Source of the DNA: Candidatus Latescibacterota bacterium
Lineage (GTDB): Bacteria; Latescibacterota; UBA2968; GCA-2709665
Length of the DNA stretch: 64,000 bases
Reading direction: 5' to 3'
Assembly (NCBI GenBank): GCA_965208835.1
Contig: OZ242358.1
Span: 2,848,001 to 2,912,000 of the forward strand
Part shown: in pieces, positions 28,574 to 37,501 of the stretch
How positions within the stretch are numbered: position 1 is the stretch's first letter
How the letters are laid out: every line of letters starts with the position of its first letter
Position numbers and translations under genes: made by a program
Notes under the pieces: model-generated
Told to the model about the DNA's origin: nothing
The model's input: only the letters and a program-made list of their open reading frames with translations
Database searches by the model: none

Positions 28574-29653
28574 GTGCGCATGCGGTCTAACGCCTCCGAA
28601 AAAACTGCTCTGATCACGGGGATCACCGGCCAGGACGGGTCCTATCTCGCGGAGTATCTGATAGGAAAAGGCTACGTGGTGCACGGAATCATCCGCAGGG
28701 CGTCCCTGTTCAACACCGATCGGATCGACCACCTGTTCGCCGGCCCCCAGGATCCCGACCGGCGGATGATTCTGCACTACGGCGATCTCACGGATACGGC
28801 GAATCTGATTCGAATCGTACAGGAAGTGAGACCGGACGAGATCTACAACCTGGGCGCGCAGAGCCACGTCGCGGTGTCCTTCGAGACCCCCGAATACACG
28901 GCGAAAGTGGCCGCGTTGGGGGCGCTGCATCTGCTCGAAGCCATCCGCATCTGCGGCCTCGCGGATCGAACCCGCTTCTATCAGGCTTCCAGTTCGGAAA
29001 TGTTCGGCAAGGCAACCGAGACTCCCCAGAGGGAGTCCACGCGGTTCTATCCCCGCTCGCCATACGCCGCGGCCAAGGTATACGCCTACTGGATCACGGT
29101 GAATTATCGCGAAGCCTATGGTATTTTCGCCTGCAACGGTATCCTGTTCAACCACGAGTCCCCCGTCCGCGGCGAGACGTTTGTAACCCGGAAGATTACC
29201 CGGCGGCTGGCGCGCGTGACGGTCGGATTGGAAGAATGCGTGTACCTCGGCAATCTCGACGCGATGAGAGATTGGGGCCACGCCCGCGACTACGTACGCG
29301 CCCAGTGGCTGATGTTGCAGCAGAACGCGCCTGACGATTTCGTCATTGCGTCGGGACAGCAGCATTCGGTTCGAGCATTCGTAAACCTGACGGCCGCATT
29401 TCTGGGTCTGGAGCTGGAGTGGCGCGGGAAGGGCGCCGACGAAATTGCGATCAATACGGCAACCGGAAGCGCGGTCGTGCGCATTGACCCGCGGTACTTC
29501 CGGCCGACCGAAGCACATTCGCTCCTGGGAGATGCGTCCAAAGCGCGCGCGACACTCGGCTGGCGTCCTGAAATCAGTTTCAATGACCTGGTCCGGGAAA
29601 TGGTAGAGGCCGACCGGCGTCTGGCCGAGCGGGAGGCGTCTGCGCGGCATTGA
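28574..29653 (+). CDS. gmd: GDP-mannose 4,6-dehydratase
   Basis: [57 protein letters not shown]. Confidence 0.96.
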   Translation: MRMRSNASEKTALITGITGQDGSYLAEYLIGKGYVVHGIIRRASLFNTDRIDHLFAGPQDPDRRMILHYGDLTDTANLIRIVQEVRPDEIYNLGAQSHVAVSFETPEYTAKVAALGALHLLEAIRICGLADRTRFYQASSSEMFGKATETPQRESTRFYPRSPYAAAKVYAYWITVNYREAYGIFACNGILFNHESPVRGETFVTRKITRRLARVTVGLEECVYLGNLDAMRDWGHARDYVRAQWLMLQQNAPDDFVIASGQQHSVRAFVNLTAAFLGLELEWRGKGADEIAINTATGSAVVRIDPRYFRPTEAHSLLGDASKARATLGWRPEISFNDLVREMVEADRRLAEREASARH

Positions 29654-29763
29654 ACATCGATCGACCACAGACCGCACGGCCTGCAAAGACGACGTTTCCC
29701 CCACCGGGGACACGCGGATCAATACGCAGAAACGAACGCCAATAAAGGGAGTTCGTCAGAACT

Positions 29764-31047
29764 ATGGGCGACAGAACGCTTTTTGACGCGTCATACGAAA
29801 AACGCAGGAACCCGTTGCTGAAGAAGGTGCTGGATCGGCTGTACCCAATTTACTCGTCTGAAGAACGCGAGGTCATCCGCATTGATTCAATCAGCAGGGT
29901 GCTGCTCTCGGTGCCCTCGGGACGGGGCTTTGTCAACCGCGACATCCTCGAGACCGTACTGGGCAATCTGCTCGAATGCGTGGCCCCTGGCTCCCATAAC
30001 GTCCAGGCAGCCGGTCCGTCGGACAGCCTCGAGGATGCGATCGGAGAGATCGCCGACCAGATCTATGCGATGATCGCACAGTCATTCCTGGCAGCGGAAG
30101 GTAACGGAAGGGATATCGAAAGCCCGGCCCTGGATGCCACTTTCTCGCTCCTGGCCGATCTGCCGCATCTCAAGAGCCGCGCACTGTGGAACCGGTTCGC
30201 TTCGTTAAAGGATCCGGCGGTTTGGGATGCCTATATCTTAGCCAGAAACCAGACCCAGATGGGCAGGCTGGCGGACCTGGACCACGGTCACGTGCTGAAC
30301 AGCGCGATCGATGCCCGCGATTTCAAACCATATCGGGATTTTCTGAAGACCCAGAGTCTGGACTCTGCATTCGATTATCTCATGCAACTGGTCATCAGCA
30401 CCTATCCCGGCTGGCGCGTGCTCTTCTATCATGACGTCGCCCACGCCCTCACCAGATCCGGCACGGCGGATGGTCTGTCGGATGTGGAACGGATACCGGT
30501 CCCGCTTCTGCCGCGGGCCATATCGGAACTTGGAGGCCGGTATTACCAGGCAGACCTTCATCCCGAAACCGTGATCGGCGACGCCAACTTCCTGGATCAT
30601 CCGCACCGGGGCCTGACAACCGGCCAGACCGGCGTAATCGGCTCGGGCTGTTACATCTATCCCTGCACGATGGGTGGCCTCAGCGGCAGAGTCAGGCATC
30701 GGCATCCCGAGATCGGAGATCACGTCCAGATCGGAACCGACGCCACCCTGCTGGGACCCGTAAGAATCGGCGACCATTCGACCGTCGGCCCGAATACCCA
30801 GGTATACGGCTATGTTCAGACCGACACGGAATGCCGAATCGCGTCGTCGGTCGTGGTCGGCACCGTCTTGAGCGGAGACAGAAGGCCGGGCAAGATCCGT
30901 CTGGGCAAGGGAGTCCGGGTGGGAGACGGGACCGTGATCGAAAACAGTACCGAACTCGACCTGATCATACCCGACAAGGCGGAAATACCCGCCCGAAGCC
31001 ATGTCATAAATGACGGCTTCGGCAATCCGCGTTTCGTAAGGGAATAA
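29764..31047 (+). CDS. Divergent serine O-acetyltransferase-like hexapeptide acyltransferase with long unrecognised N-terminal domain
   Basis: C-terminal ADLHPETVIG…FLDH…GG…RHPEIGDHVQIG…LLGPVRIG aligns with the CysE left-handed beta-helix. Confidence 0.7.
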   Translation: MGDRTLFDASYEKRRNPLLKKVLDRLYPIYSSEEREVIRIDSISRVLLSVPSGRGFVNRDILETVLGNLLECVAPGSHNVQAAGPSDSLEDAIGEIADQIYAMIAQSFLAAEGNGRDIESPALDATFSLLADLPHLKSRALWNRFASLKDPAVWDAYILARNQTQMGRLADLDHGHVLNSAIDARDFKPYRDFLKTQSLDSAFDYLMQLVISTYPGWRVLFYHDVAHALTRSGTADGLSDVERIPVPLLPRAISELGGRYYQADLHPETVIGDANFLDHPHRGLTTGQTGVIGSGCYIYPCTMGGLSGRVRHRHPEIGDHVQIGTDATLLGPVRIGDHSTVGPNTQVYGYVQTDTECRIASSVVVGTVLSGDRRPGKIRLGKGVRVGDGTVIENSTELDLIIPDKAEIPARSHVINDGFGNPRFVRE

Positions 31048-31112
31048 AAGAACAGCGGAGCGTTGATTGCAGACGCTCCGCTTCGCAGGGTTCGACCCCG
31101 GTTTCCGGCAAT

Positions 31113-31940
31113 CTACCTGCGGGAGGGAACTCCAGGCGCTTCCCGGTGGAATTGGATATCGGCATACCACGTCGACGCCCGGCTGTTCGTGTTGTCTGTG
31201 TCCGTCATCAAATAGACCCGCAGTATCTTGCCGGGTTCCTCCCCTGGGTATCCCCGTTTGTAGTCTTCATACAGATTCCTCCTCTCCCCAACCCATTGCT
31301 TCATACGGGCTCGCCCGCTCTCCACGACAATCCGCCGCCACGACAGCTTCCAGACAAACGGGATTATTGTGGTCTCGGACTTGAACATAAGTGACTCCGG
31401 CAGCGTGTTGGACCAGACGTATGCAATCTCACGTATCTTGTTCGTTCCCTTCTCGAGGATCGCTACTCCCAGCTTCGCGTTAAAGTCATCGTCCTTCTTG
31501 TTCAACCTGCCGCCCCTGTCCATGCGCTGCCGTCCGATCGTCGAATAATCCACCTTCCAGCGCCAGGTCAGATACGGGTTCTCGGACACGTCGATCAGCG
31601 TGTCGAACCCGCGCTTTCTGACGATCTTTTCTAACTGCCTGGGAGGCCGCTTGCACTGGGCGATCCACGGATGGTGTTCCGGATCCAGCGCCATGGGTTG
31701 TCCTGATCGTGTCGGTATCTGCCAGAGCAGCGCGGCGGACCCTTCGCTGACGAATCGGACCGCATTGTTCGCGTACTGGAATTTCGTTCTTGTATTGCAT
31801 TCGGCCCAGTCCCTCTGCAACCACGTACCCATATCTATGCGGAGGCCGTCGCCTCCCGCACCTGGGTATGCGAGGGCGATGCCGGCAATACAGGCGAGCC
31901 CCAGGCAGGCAATACAACATATCCGCCAGACGTACACCAT
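31113..31940 (-). CDS. DUF3047 domain exported protein
   Basis: Signal peptide; PYLTWRWKV, IAYVWS, ERRNLYEDYKR, LMTDTDNT motifs. Confidence 0.8.
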   Translation of the reverse strand: MVYVWRICCIACLGLACIAGIALAYPGAGGDGLRIDMGTWLQRDWAECNTRTKFQYANNAVRFVSEGSAALLWQIPTRSGQPMALDPEHHPWIAQCKRPPRQLEKIVRKRGFDTLIDVSENPYLTWRWKVDYSTIGRQRMDRGGRLNKKDDDFNAKLGVAILEKGTNKIREIAYVWSNTLPESLMFKSETTIIPFVWKLSWRRIVVESGRARMKQWVGERRNLYEDYKRGYPGEEPGKILRVYLMTDTDNTNSRASTWYADIQFHREAPGVPSRR

Positions 31941-31964
31941 GCTTATACGATCCCACCCTCTGAA

Positions 31965-33080
31965 TTATCGCGACACGATGTCTTCGTATACGGCAAGCGT
32001 CTTTCGCGCACAATCCTGCCAGGTGTAACCGGCGGCACGACGCCGTCCGCTGGCCATAAGACGTTCCCGCAACCCGTCGTCTCGAATCAAACGGGTCATT
32101 CCGCCGGCGATAGACTCCACGTCCATGGGATCGACAAGCACCGCCGCATCGCCGGCGATTTCCGAAAGAGATGACGCATCGGACGTCAACACCGGACAGC
32201 CATTTGCCATCGCCTCGACAACCGGTAGCCCAAAACCCTCGGCAATGGATGGAAACGCGAAGAATACGGCTTCCTCAAAGCAGGCTCGAACCTGAGCATC
32301 GCTCAGTTGCTCGGTAAATAGGACGTTTCGAGTGATCCCAAGGTTCCGGGTGAGTTCGGCCAGGCTGGCGTATCCGTCCCCGCGTCCGCTGATCAGCAGG
32401 AACAGATCGGGACATTGTTTCGCAACCCGGCCGAAGGCCTCGATCAGTCGTCGGATATTCTTGTAAGGTTTCGTATTGCCCAGTGAGAAAATGAACCGGC
32501 GGCCGCGGCAGATTTCGGGAAGGTCGCAGGCAACGCCGTTACCCGCACCGGACCCGTCGCTTCCGTGGTGTACAACCGTAAATTTGGAAGGCGACCCGGG
32601 ATATCGCGCAATCGCGTCCTGCCGGGTCGTTTCAGAAACGGCAATCACGTGATGCGCTTTTCTTACGGATTCACCGATCCATGGACCCGCGAAGTGCCGC
32701 GCCATCCAGCCGCGCCAGCGCGCTTCGTACGCAATATCCGGAAAATTGATCCAGATCAGGTCATGCAGGGTCAGCACAATCCTTCCGGCGCGGACGCCCA
32801 GGGGAAGGAGATGAAAGAGACAATGGTATATGTCGGCCTGAAGCGGGTTCACAACCCTGGCCCCCCCGAGGAGATTTCGACCGGTTGAGATCCCGAATGG
32901 AACCGCGATGTCCTCAAAGTTGTGCTGTACTACAATTGGACGCGGATAGGCCGCCCGCCTGAGCAGCAGGTATTCGTTGTGCCGGTCCAGCCGGGCAATT
33001 TCCCCGACCAGGCGGAACGCATATCGGCCGACGCCGGTTTCCACGTCCCGGACTTCGCGCGCGTCGATGCAGATTCTCAC
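31965..33080 (-). CDS. GT4 (GT-B) glycosyltransferase, mannosyltransferase-like
   Basis: TGVGRY, TLHDL, VSETT, KNI, PSIAEGFGLPVVEAMANG. Confidence 0.92.
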   Translation of the reverse strand: MRICIDAREVRDVETGVGRYAFRLVGEIARLDRHNEYLLLRRAAYPRPIVVQHNFEDIAVPFGISTGRNLLGGARVVNPLQADIYHCLFHLLPLGVRAGRIVLTLHDLIWINFPDIAYEARWRGWMARHFAGPWIGESVRKAHHVIAVSETTRQDAIARYPGSPSKFTVVHHGSDGSGAGNGVACDLPEICRGRRFIFSLGNTKPYKNIRRLIEAFGRVAKQCPDLFLLISGRGDGYASLAELTRNLGITRNVLFTEQLSDAQVRACFEEAVFFAFPSIAEGFGLPVVEAMANGCPVLTSDASSLSEIAGDAAVLVDPMDVESIAGGMTRLIRDDGLRERLMASGRRRAAGYTWQDCARKTLAVYEDIVSR

Positions 33081-33094
33081 CAGGCCTCCTTTTG

Positions 33095-33304
33095 GAAGCT
33101 GTGGTAAAATTCCCAGCGGTTTTCGCGCGGCTGCAAACGCGTCGGTCTGCGTTGGACAAATCCACCCGTATCGAGAGGTCGAGGCTGCGCTTGCTCGCCT
33201 CTCTTAGGCGAATTCGCCCGTCGGCGCTGCACGCCCTTCGCGCCTCATAACCGACACCCTTTCGCACGCGCTCGGGAACGCACCGGGAATTTTATCACAG
33301 CTTC
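33095..33304. mobile_element. MITE-like element family C, copy 1 (IS5-family-like ends)
   Basis: TIRs gaagctgtggtaaaattccc / gggaattttatcacagcttc (19/20); flanks ttg/tta; homologous to 48635-48820. Confidence 0.82.
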
Positions 33305-34825
33305 TTACGAGAAGATGCGTCTGATCCGGCGATAGACTCGCAAGCCGAACTGCCTTTCTTCCGCTTCGATGCCGAGCAGAAGGAGAATCCCTCCGAAGCA
33401 CAGAAAGACCAGTGCCGCGTGGCCCAGCGCTTCCCACAGCGCTGCGGACGGCGCAGGAGGTCCATACACCATCATCAGTGCCGCGGTTGCGAAGCCGGCA
33501 AGCAACGGCTTGCAGAGCTTGACTGAAAACGCGTGAACTTTCAACCGGCGAAATACCCACCATGAGGAAAGCGCCGGCGACAGAACTGCCGTGAACGCGG
33601 CGCCGATCGCGGCGCCCGTTGGGCCGAACCGGCGCACCAGGACAAAAGTGCCAATCCCGCTGATCAGAAGCGTGACAATTCTGACGCCGATGAGCGCGTC
33701 GGGATGCCCGGTCATCACCAGAACATAGCCCGACAACCCCAGCAGAGCCGTTGCCGCTGCGCCGAGCAGCAGAATCAGCAGCCACGGGTACCCCGCAGGG
33801 AATTCGGGCCCCACGAAGGCGGCAATCTGCTTTCCGTTCAACGAGAACACGAGCAGAATGGGAATGGTGACCAGCGTAACCCAGCGCGTCACAAGTTTGA
33901 AGAATTCGTCCAGGCGCGAAATTTCTCCCCGCGCGTGGTATTCCGCGAAGAACGGGTTGGCAATCGGGTCGAAGGCGCCCGAGACGGCACGTATGATACC
34001 GGCCAGCTGGATCATCACGCCATACACCGCGATGGTTTCGGCTTCAATAAACGATCCGACAATCACGACGTCCAATCGACCGTTCAGTTCCGCGATCAGA
34101 TCGACCAGAAACAACGACAGCGTGAAACGAAACAGCGTGCGCTCTAATCCAATACCCTTCCCGGACCACGTTCGCCATGGATAAAATCTGAAAACCGGAA
34201 AAATGGAACAACAAAACACGATGGCTGTTGCAAACAGGTACGCCGCGCAGATTCCCGTAAGGTCCATACCGAGCAAGTAGAACAGGATCGCAAAACCGAT
34301 CAACAGGGCGGGTTCGGTAAGACCCTTGACGTACAGCTGGTATTCCATCACCTTGTGCGCGATCGGAACCTGCAGCAGCAACCCGCCGACGGTCTGGAAG
34401 AACACGACGAATGCCATCCATCGGAGTGCGATCTCCACCCGCTCCCGACCGATCACCCCCCCCAGTGCGTCGGAAAAGAGAAAGCAGCCCAGGCTCACCC
34501 CGAGGCTCAAGACACCTCCCGCGATCAGGGATGTTCTGACACACCCGAGGGCCCGTTGCTTCTCGCCCCTGGATTGATGATAGGCCACCTGCCGGAGCAA
34601 TGCCTTGTCAAGACCGAAAAACGCGAACCTGGAAAACAGATTCACCCACGTCCAGGCAAGATAGTAGAGGCCGTAGGAAGCGGTGGAAAAGAGACGCGCG
34701 GCAAGCAGATAAAATGCCGGGCGGCCCAGCTTCGAAAACAGCGCCAGTAGATTGACACCCACCCCGCGGGAGAGCGTCGCAAGATCCAGCGCATTTCGCG
34801 CCTCTTCCTCGTTCCGGTCAGCCAT
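33305..34825 (-). CDS. Oligosaccharide flippase (Wzx/MOP family)
   Basis: Multi-pass membrane protein; YGLY, FGLD..LLR, LDVVIVG, G..GAAI motifs; among glycosyltransferase genes; start placed at ATG 34825. Confidence 0.85.
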   Translation of the reverse strand: MADRNEEEARNALDLATLSRGVGVNLLALFSKLGRPAFYLLAARLFSTASYGLYYLAWTWVNLFSRFAFFGLDKALLRQVAYHQSRGEKQRALGCVRTSLIAGGVLSLGVSLGCFLFSDALGGVIGRERVEIALRWMAFVVFFQTVGGLLLQVPIAHKVMEYQLYVKGLTEPALLIGFAILFYLLGMDLTGICAAYLFATAIVFCCSIFPVFRFYPWRTWSGKGIGLERTLFRFTLSLFLVDLIAELNGRLDVVIVGSFIEAETIAVYGVMIQLAGIIRAVSGAFDPIANPFFAEYHARGEISRLDEFFKLVTRWVTLVTIPILLVFSLNGKQIAAFVGPEFPAGYPWLLILLLGAAATALLGLSGYVLVMTGHPDALIGVRIVTLLISGIGTFVLVRRFGPTGAAIGAAFTAVLSPALSSWWVFRRLKVHAFSVKLCKPLLAGFATAALMMVYGPPAPSAALWEALGHAALVFLCFGGILLLLGIEAEERQFGLRVYRRIRRIFS

Positions 34826-35726
34826 TACGCCTCGCCGTCCCGCGGGAATTCCGGTACACACCGATACCCATCCGAATTCCCCTTGCCAGTGCCATCAGCT
34901 TCCGCGGCATCGTCCACCAGAATCCGAATGCGCCAAAGCGGCCGCGAAGAACGAAGAATCGCACGAACAGATTCAGAATAAAGTATGGCGTGAGCCGGCC
35001 GTCCAGGTGTTTCAGCCAGAAGTACATCTCGTTGGCATAGGTCAGCGGGTCGGCCGCCTGGTCCGTAACGCGGCAGCCTCCGAAGGGTGCCGCATGGTGA
35101 AAAATCACGGCTTCCGGTTCGAAAACCATGCCTCCATCCCCGGACTTGAGATAGCGGAGGCAGAAATCCGTCTCCTCGCGAAGCTGGCTGCCGGCGAACC
35201 GCTCGTCAAACCCCCCACAGCGCAACGCTTGTTTTCGAAGAAAGGAGAGATTGCCTCCCCCTCCGTGCGAGACGTTCCGGCGGCGGGTCGCGTAGAAATT
35301 TGAAATCACGTGACCATACCACGTCACCTCGCCGCAACGCCTCGGCTCCCGGCGTCCGCGGCTTCCCGAGCTTATAATTCGGCCGGCCACGCCACTGACG
35401 CATTCAGTTTCGTAGTTACGCATATGTTTTGAGATAAAATCGCAGGAAATATCAACGTCGTCGTCGAGACAGAGAATCACCTCCCCTCGAGCGATGTTCA
35501 TGCCCAGGTTCTTCGCTCTCGTCCCGCTTGCCACCTCCGTACGAACGTACCGGATGCGCGTGCGGTTGGAAGTCAGGAACGCCGTTACGTCCGGCGGGTG
35601 TCTGTCCGTCTGGTCGATGACGATGACTTCGAACGACGGGTAGGACTGGCGCAATACCTGCTCCAGCGTTTTCTTAAGAAATACCGAGCGGTTGTAAGTC
35701 GGGATAATGACCGATGCGTGTTTCAT
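34818..35726 (-). CDS. GT2-family glycosyltransferase
   Basis: SVIIPTYNR, VIVID, CLDDD, GGFDERF, EETDF motifs. Confidence 0.92.
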   Translation of the reverse strand: MKHASVIIPTYNRSVFLKKTLEQVLRQSYPSFEVIVIDQTDRHPPDVTAFLTSNRTRIRYVRTEVASGTRAKNLGMNIARGEVILCLDDDVDISCDFISKHMRNYETECVSGVAGRIISSGSRGRREPRRCGEVTWYGHVISNFYATRRRNVSHGGGGNLSFLRKQALRCGGFDERFAGSQLREETDFCLRYLKSGDGGMVFEPEAVIFHHAAPFGGCRVTDQAADPLTYANEMYFWLKHLDGRLTPYFILNLFVRFFVLRGRFGAFGFWWTMPRKLMALARGIRMGIGVYRNSRGTARRNG

Positions 35727-35892
35727 ACTCGGAGGCAGTTCGATGGGGGTATCGGGCTTACGACGACGACGTCAGCCGGGTATCATCGGAAAAGAGGCGA
35801 GCTTACCCTGAAACCTGGCAGGTCAAATGCAACGGTACCGGTATTCGACGTATCTGCGCGCCGCGACAGCATAGAAGCGGACTTTACTTCAA

Positions 35893-36052
35893 CAGTCCGT
35901 TGATAAAGTCGCTCTCCAGGCGAGGCCGAGCCATTGTGGTCGAAGACAAGGCGCGTGACCGAGTCCCATCCTGCGATTCGGCGAGGGAGCGCAACGCAGT
36001 ATTTCGACCGCAAGGGCCGGCCGTAGCCCGGATGGGCTCTTTCAACGGGCTG
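35893..36052. mobile_element. MITE-like element family A, copy 1 (IS5/IS1182-like ends)
   Basis: TIRs cagtccgttga / tcaacgggctg; flanks tcaa/ttaa; inverted homolog at 46639-46962. Confidence 0.82.
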
Positions 36053-37138
36053 TTAACCTTCATCCAGCATGGGAAGTTCCGCCGACGGCGCGTTAGAGGC
36101 ACAGAACGAGATGACGCGGTCTTCCGGGGAAGGCCCGTTCAACTCTCTGTAGTAGGCGAAAAGGTACTCGTTCATATACCCGGCGGACCTGCCTCCGCGC
36201 GCTTCCGCCCACTCGCAGACCTTTCTGTCCGAACCATCGACATTGTACCATTCCCGGGCCAATTTGAGCACCCACGTATCCACGGGCACCGCATCCAGCC
36301 GTTCAAGGGCGAAGAGGTCTATACACTTGCCGACCTTCAGACCGACGCCCGTTCCGGCCTGTTTCTTCAGCGCATCCACGATTTCACGCCAGTCATCCAG
36401 GGTCAATTTCCCCGGTTCGCCTCTCGTGCGTTCGGAAACAAACCGGGCCGTTTCAGCCACGCGTTCAGACCGCCACCCGAAACGGTTGGACCTGAAATAC
36501 GGACCCTTCAGCCGGGCCAATGCATCGGGATCGGGAAACGTACAGTATTTTCTTCCCATATACGCCACTTCGCGACCCCACGATTCAGCCAGGAAATTCA
36601 CCCGCCGTTTGGTCAGATTCATATGGGCCTGCACCGACAGGATATACGAAATCACGCACTCGAAGGGCATTTGCCGAACAAAACGGAATCCTTTCAACAA
36701 ATCCCGTGCGCGGCGCAGATACCCGTCGCTTCGAGGGACGCGAATGCGGGGCCTTTCGTTCAATCTCAGGTACCACTCGAGAAATCCAGCAACCGACATC
36801 TCGCCCAGATAGGTGGCGACGCTCGACGCCCCCGCGCGATACATCAGCGTATCGCCGACCTGGCGCAGATGGAATACGGTGTCGTAGGCAACACCCTTCC
36901 ACCAACCGTCCACGTCGCGGCCCCAACGGAATACCTGTCCTCCTGCCAGCGTATACCCCAGGTTGAATTCCCTGGTTTCGATCCGGCCGGCTTCAGGTTG
37001 GCGCGAGGACGCGTGGTTGCCCCGCCGGTTCGCGACATGCCGCGCGCGCTCCCGCGCCGTGAGTCCCTGACGGCAATGCGTGATTGAAATTTCGCCCATT
37101 TCGCTATCCATTATAGGAATTTTGGCGGGAAGCGGCAA
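36053..37138 (-). CDS. 8-oxoguanine DNA glycosylase (Ogg-like, HhH-GPD superfamily); start uncertain
   Basis: FNLGYTLAGGQVFRW, RQMPFECVISYILS, FP.P..L, GVGLKVGKCI (HhH Lys), VPVDTW. Confidence 0.85.
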   Translation of the reverse strand: MPLPAKIPIMDSEMGEISITHCRQGLTARERARHVANRRGNHASSRQPEAGRIETREFNLGYTLAGGQVFRWGRDVDGWWKGVAYDTVFHLRQVGDTLMYRAGASSVATYLGEMSVAGFLEWYLRLNERPRIRVPRSDGYLRRARDLLKGFRFVRQMPFECVISYILSVQAHMNLTKRRVNFLAESWGREVAYMGRKYCTFPDPDALARLKGPYFRSNRFGWRSERVAETARFVSERTRGEPGKLTLDDWREIVDALKKQAGTGVGLKVGKCIDLFALERLDAVPVDTWVLKLAREWYNVDGSDRKVCEWAEARGGRSAGYMNEYLFAYYRELNGPSPEDRVISFCASNAPSAELPMLDEG

Positions 37139-37501
37139 GTTTCCAGTTCTTCCGGCGCTTTCGATGCGAGTCCACCGTATTTCTGCTGTTAAGCAGCGGT
37201 TCGGCCAGACCCGCGCCGGGACTCATGGATCGTCCGCAGTACACCCTACTGACTGGCTTTTCCAGGCGCACGTCCGTCTTGGGTCGAAATCGGGCACCGA
37301 CGCCGGAAATGCGCGGTACAGCTGCATTGCGGGACCCGTGCCGCAGTGTCCGACACCTCCAGGTAAATCGCAAATTGAAAACTTCATCGAACGATCCGTC
37401 ACTTGACTCTGTCGAAGTCTCCGGTTATTTTTGGAATGCCACCGCCTGCACGTCGCAAAGACGCCTGAAAACGCCCTCGCTTTGCAAGAACAGGACTCCG
37501 C

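Noticed and set aside
35714-37087. 457-aa plus-strand ORF
   Set aside because: Antisense shadow of the Ogg-like gene that also reads through MITE A; no recognisable motifs
15236-37138. uvrA, AlkD-like and Ogg-like genes as a DNA-repair island
   Set aside because: Scattered among unrelated genes with no shared operon or evident common operator
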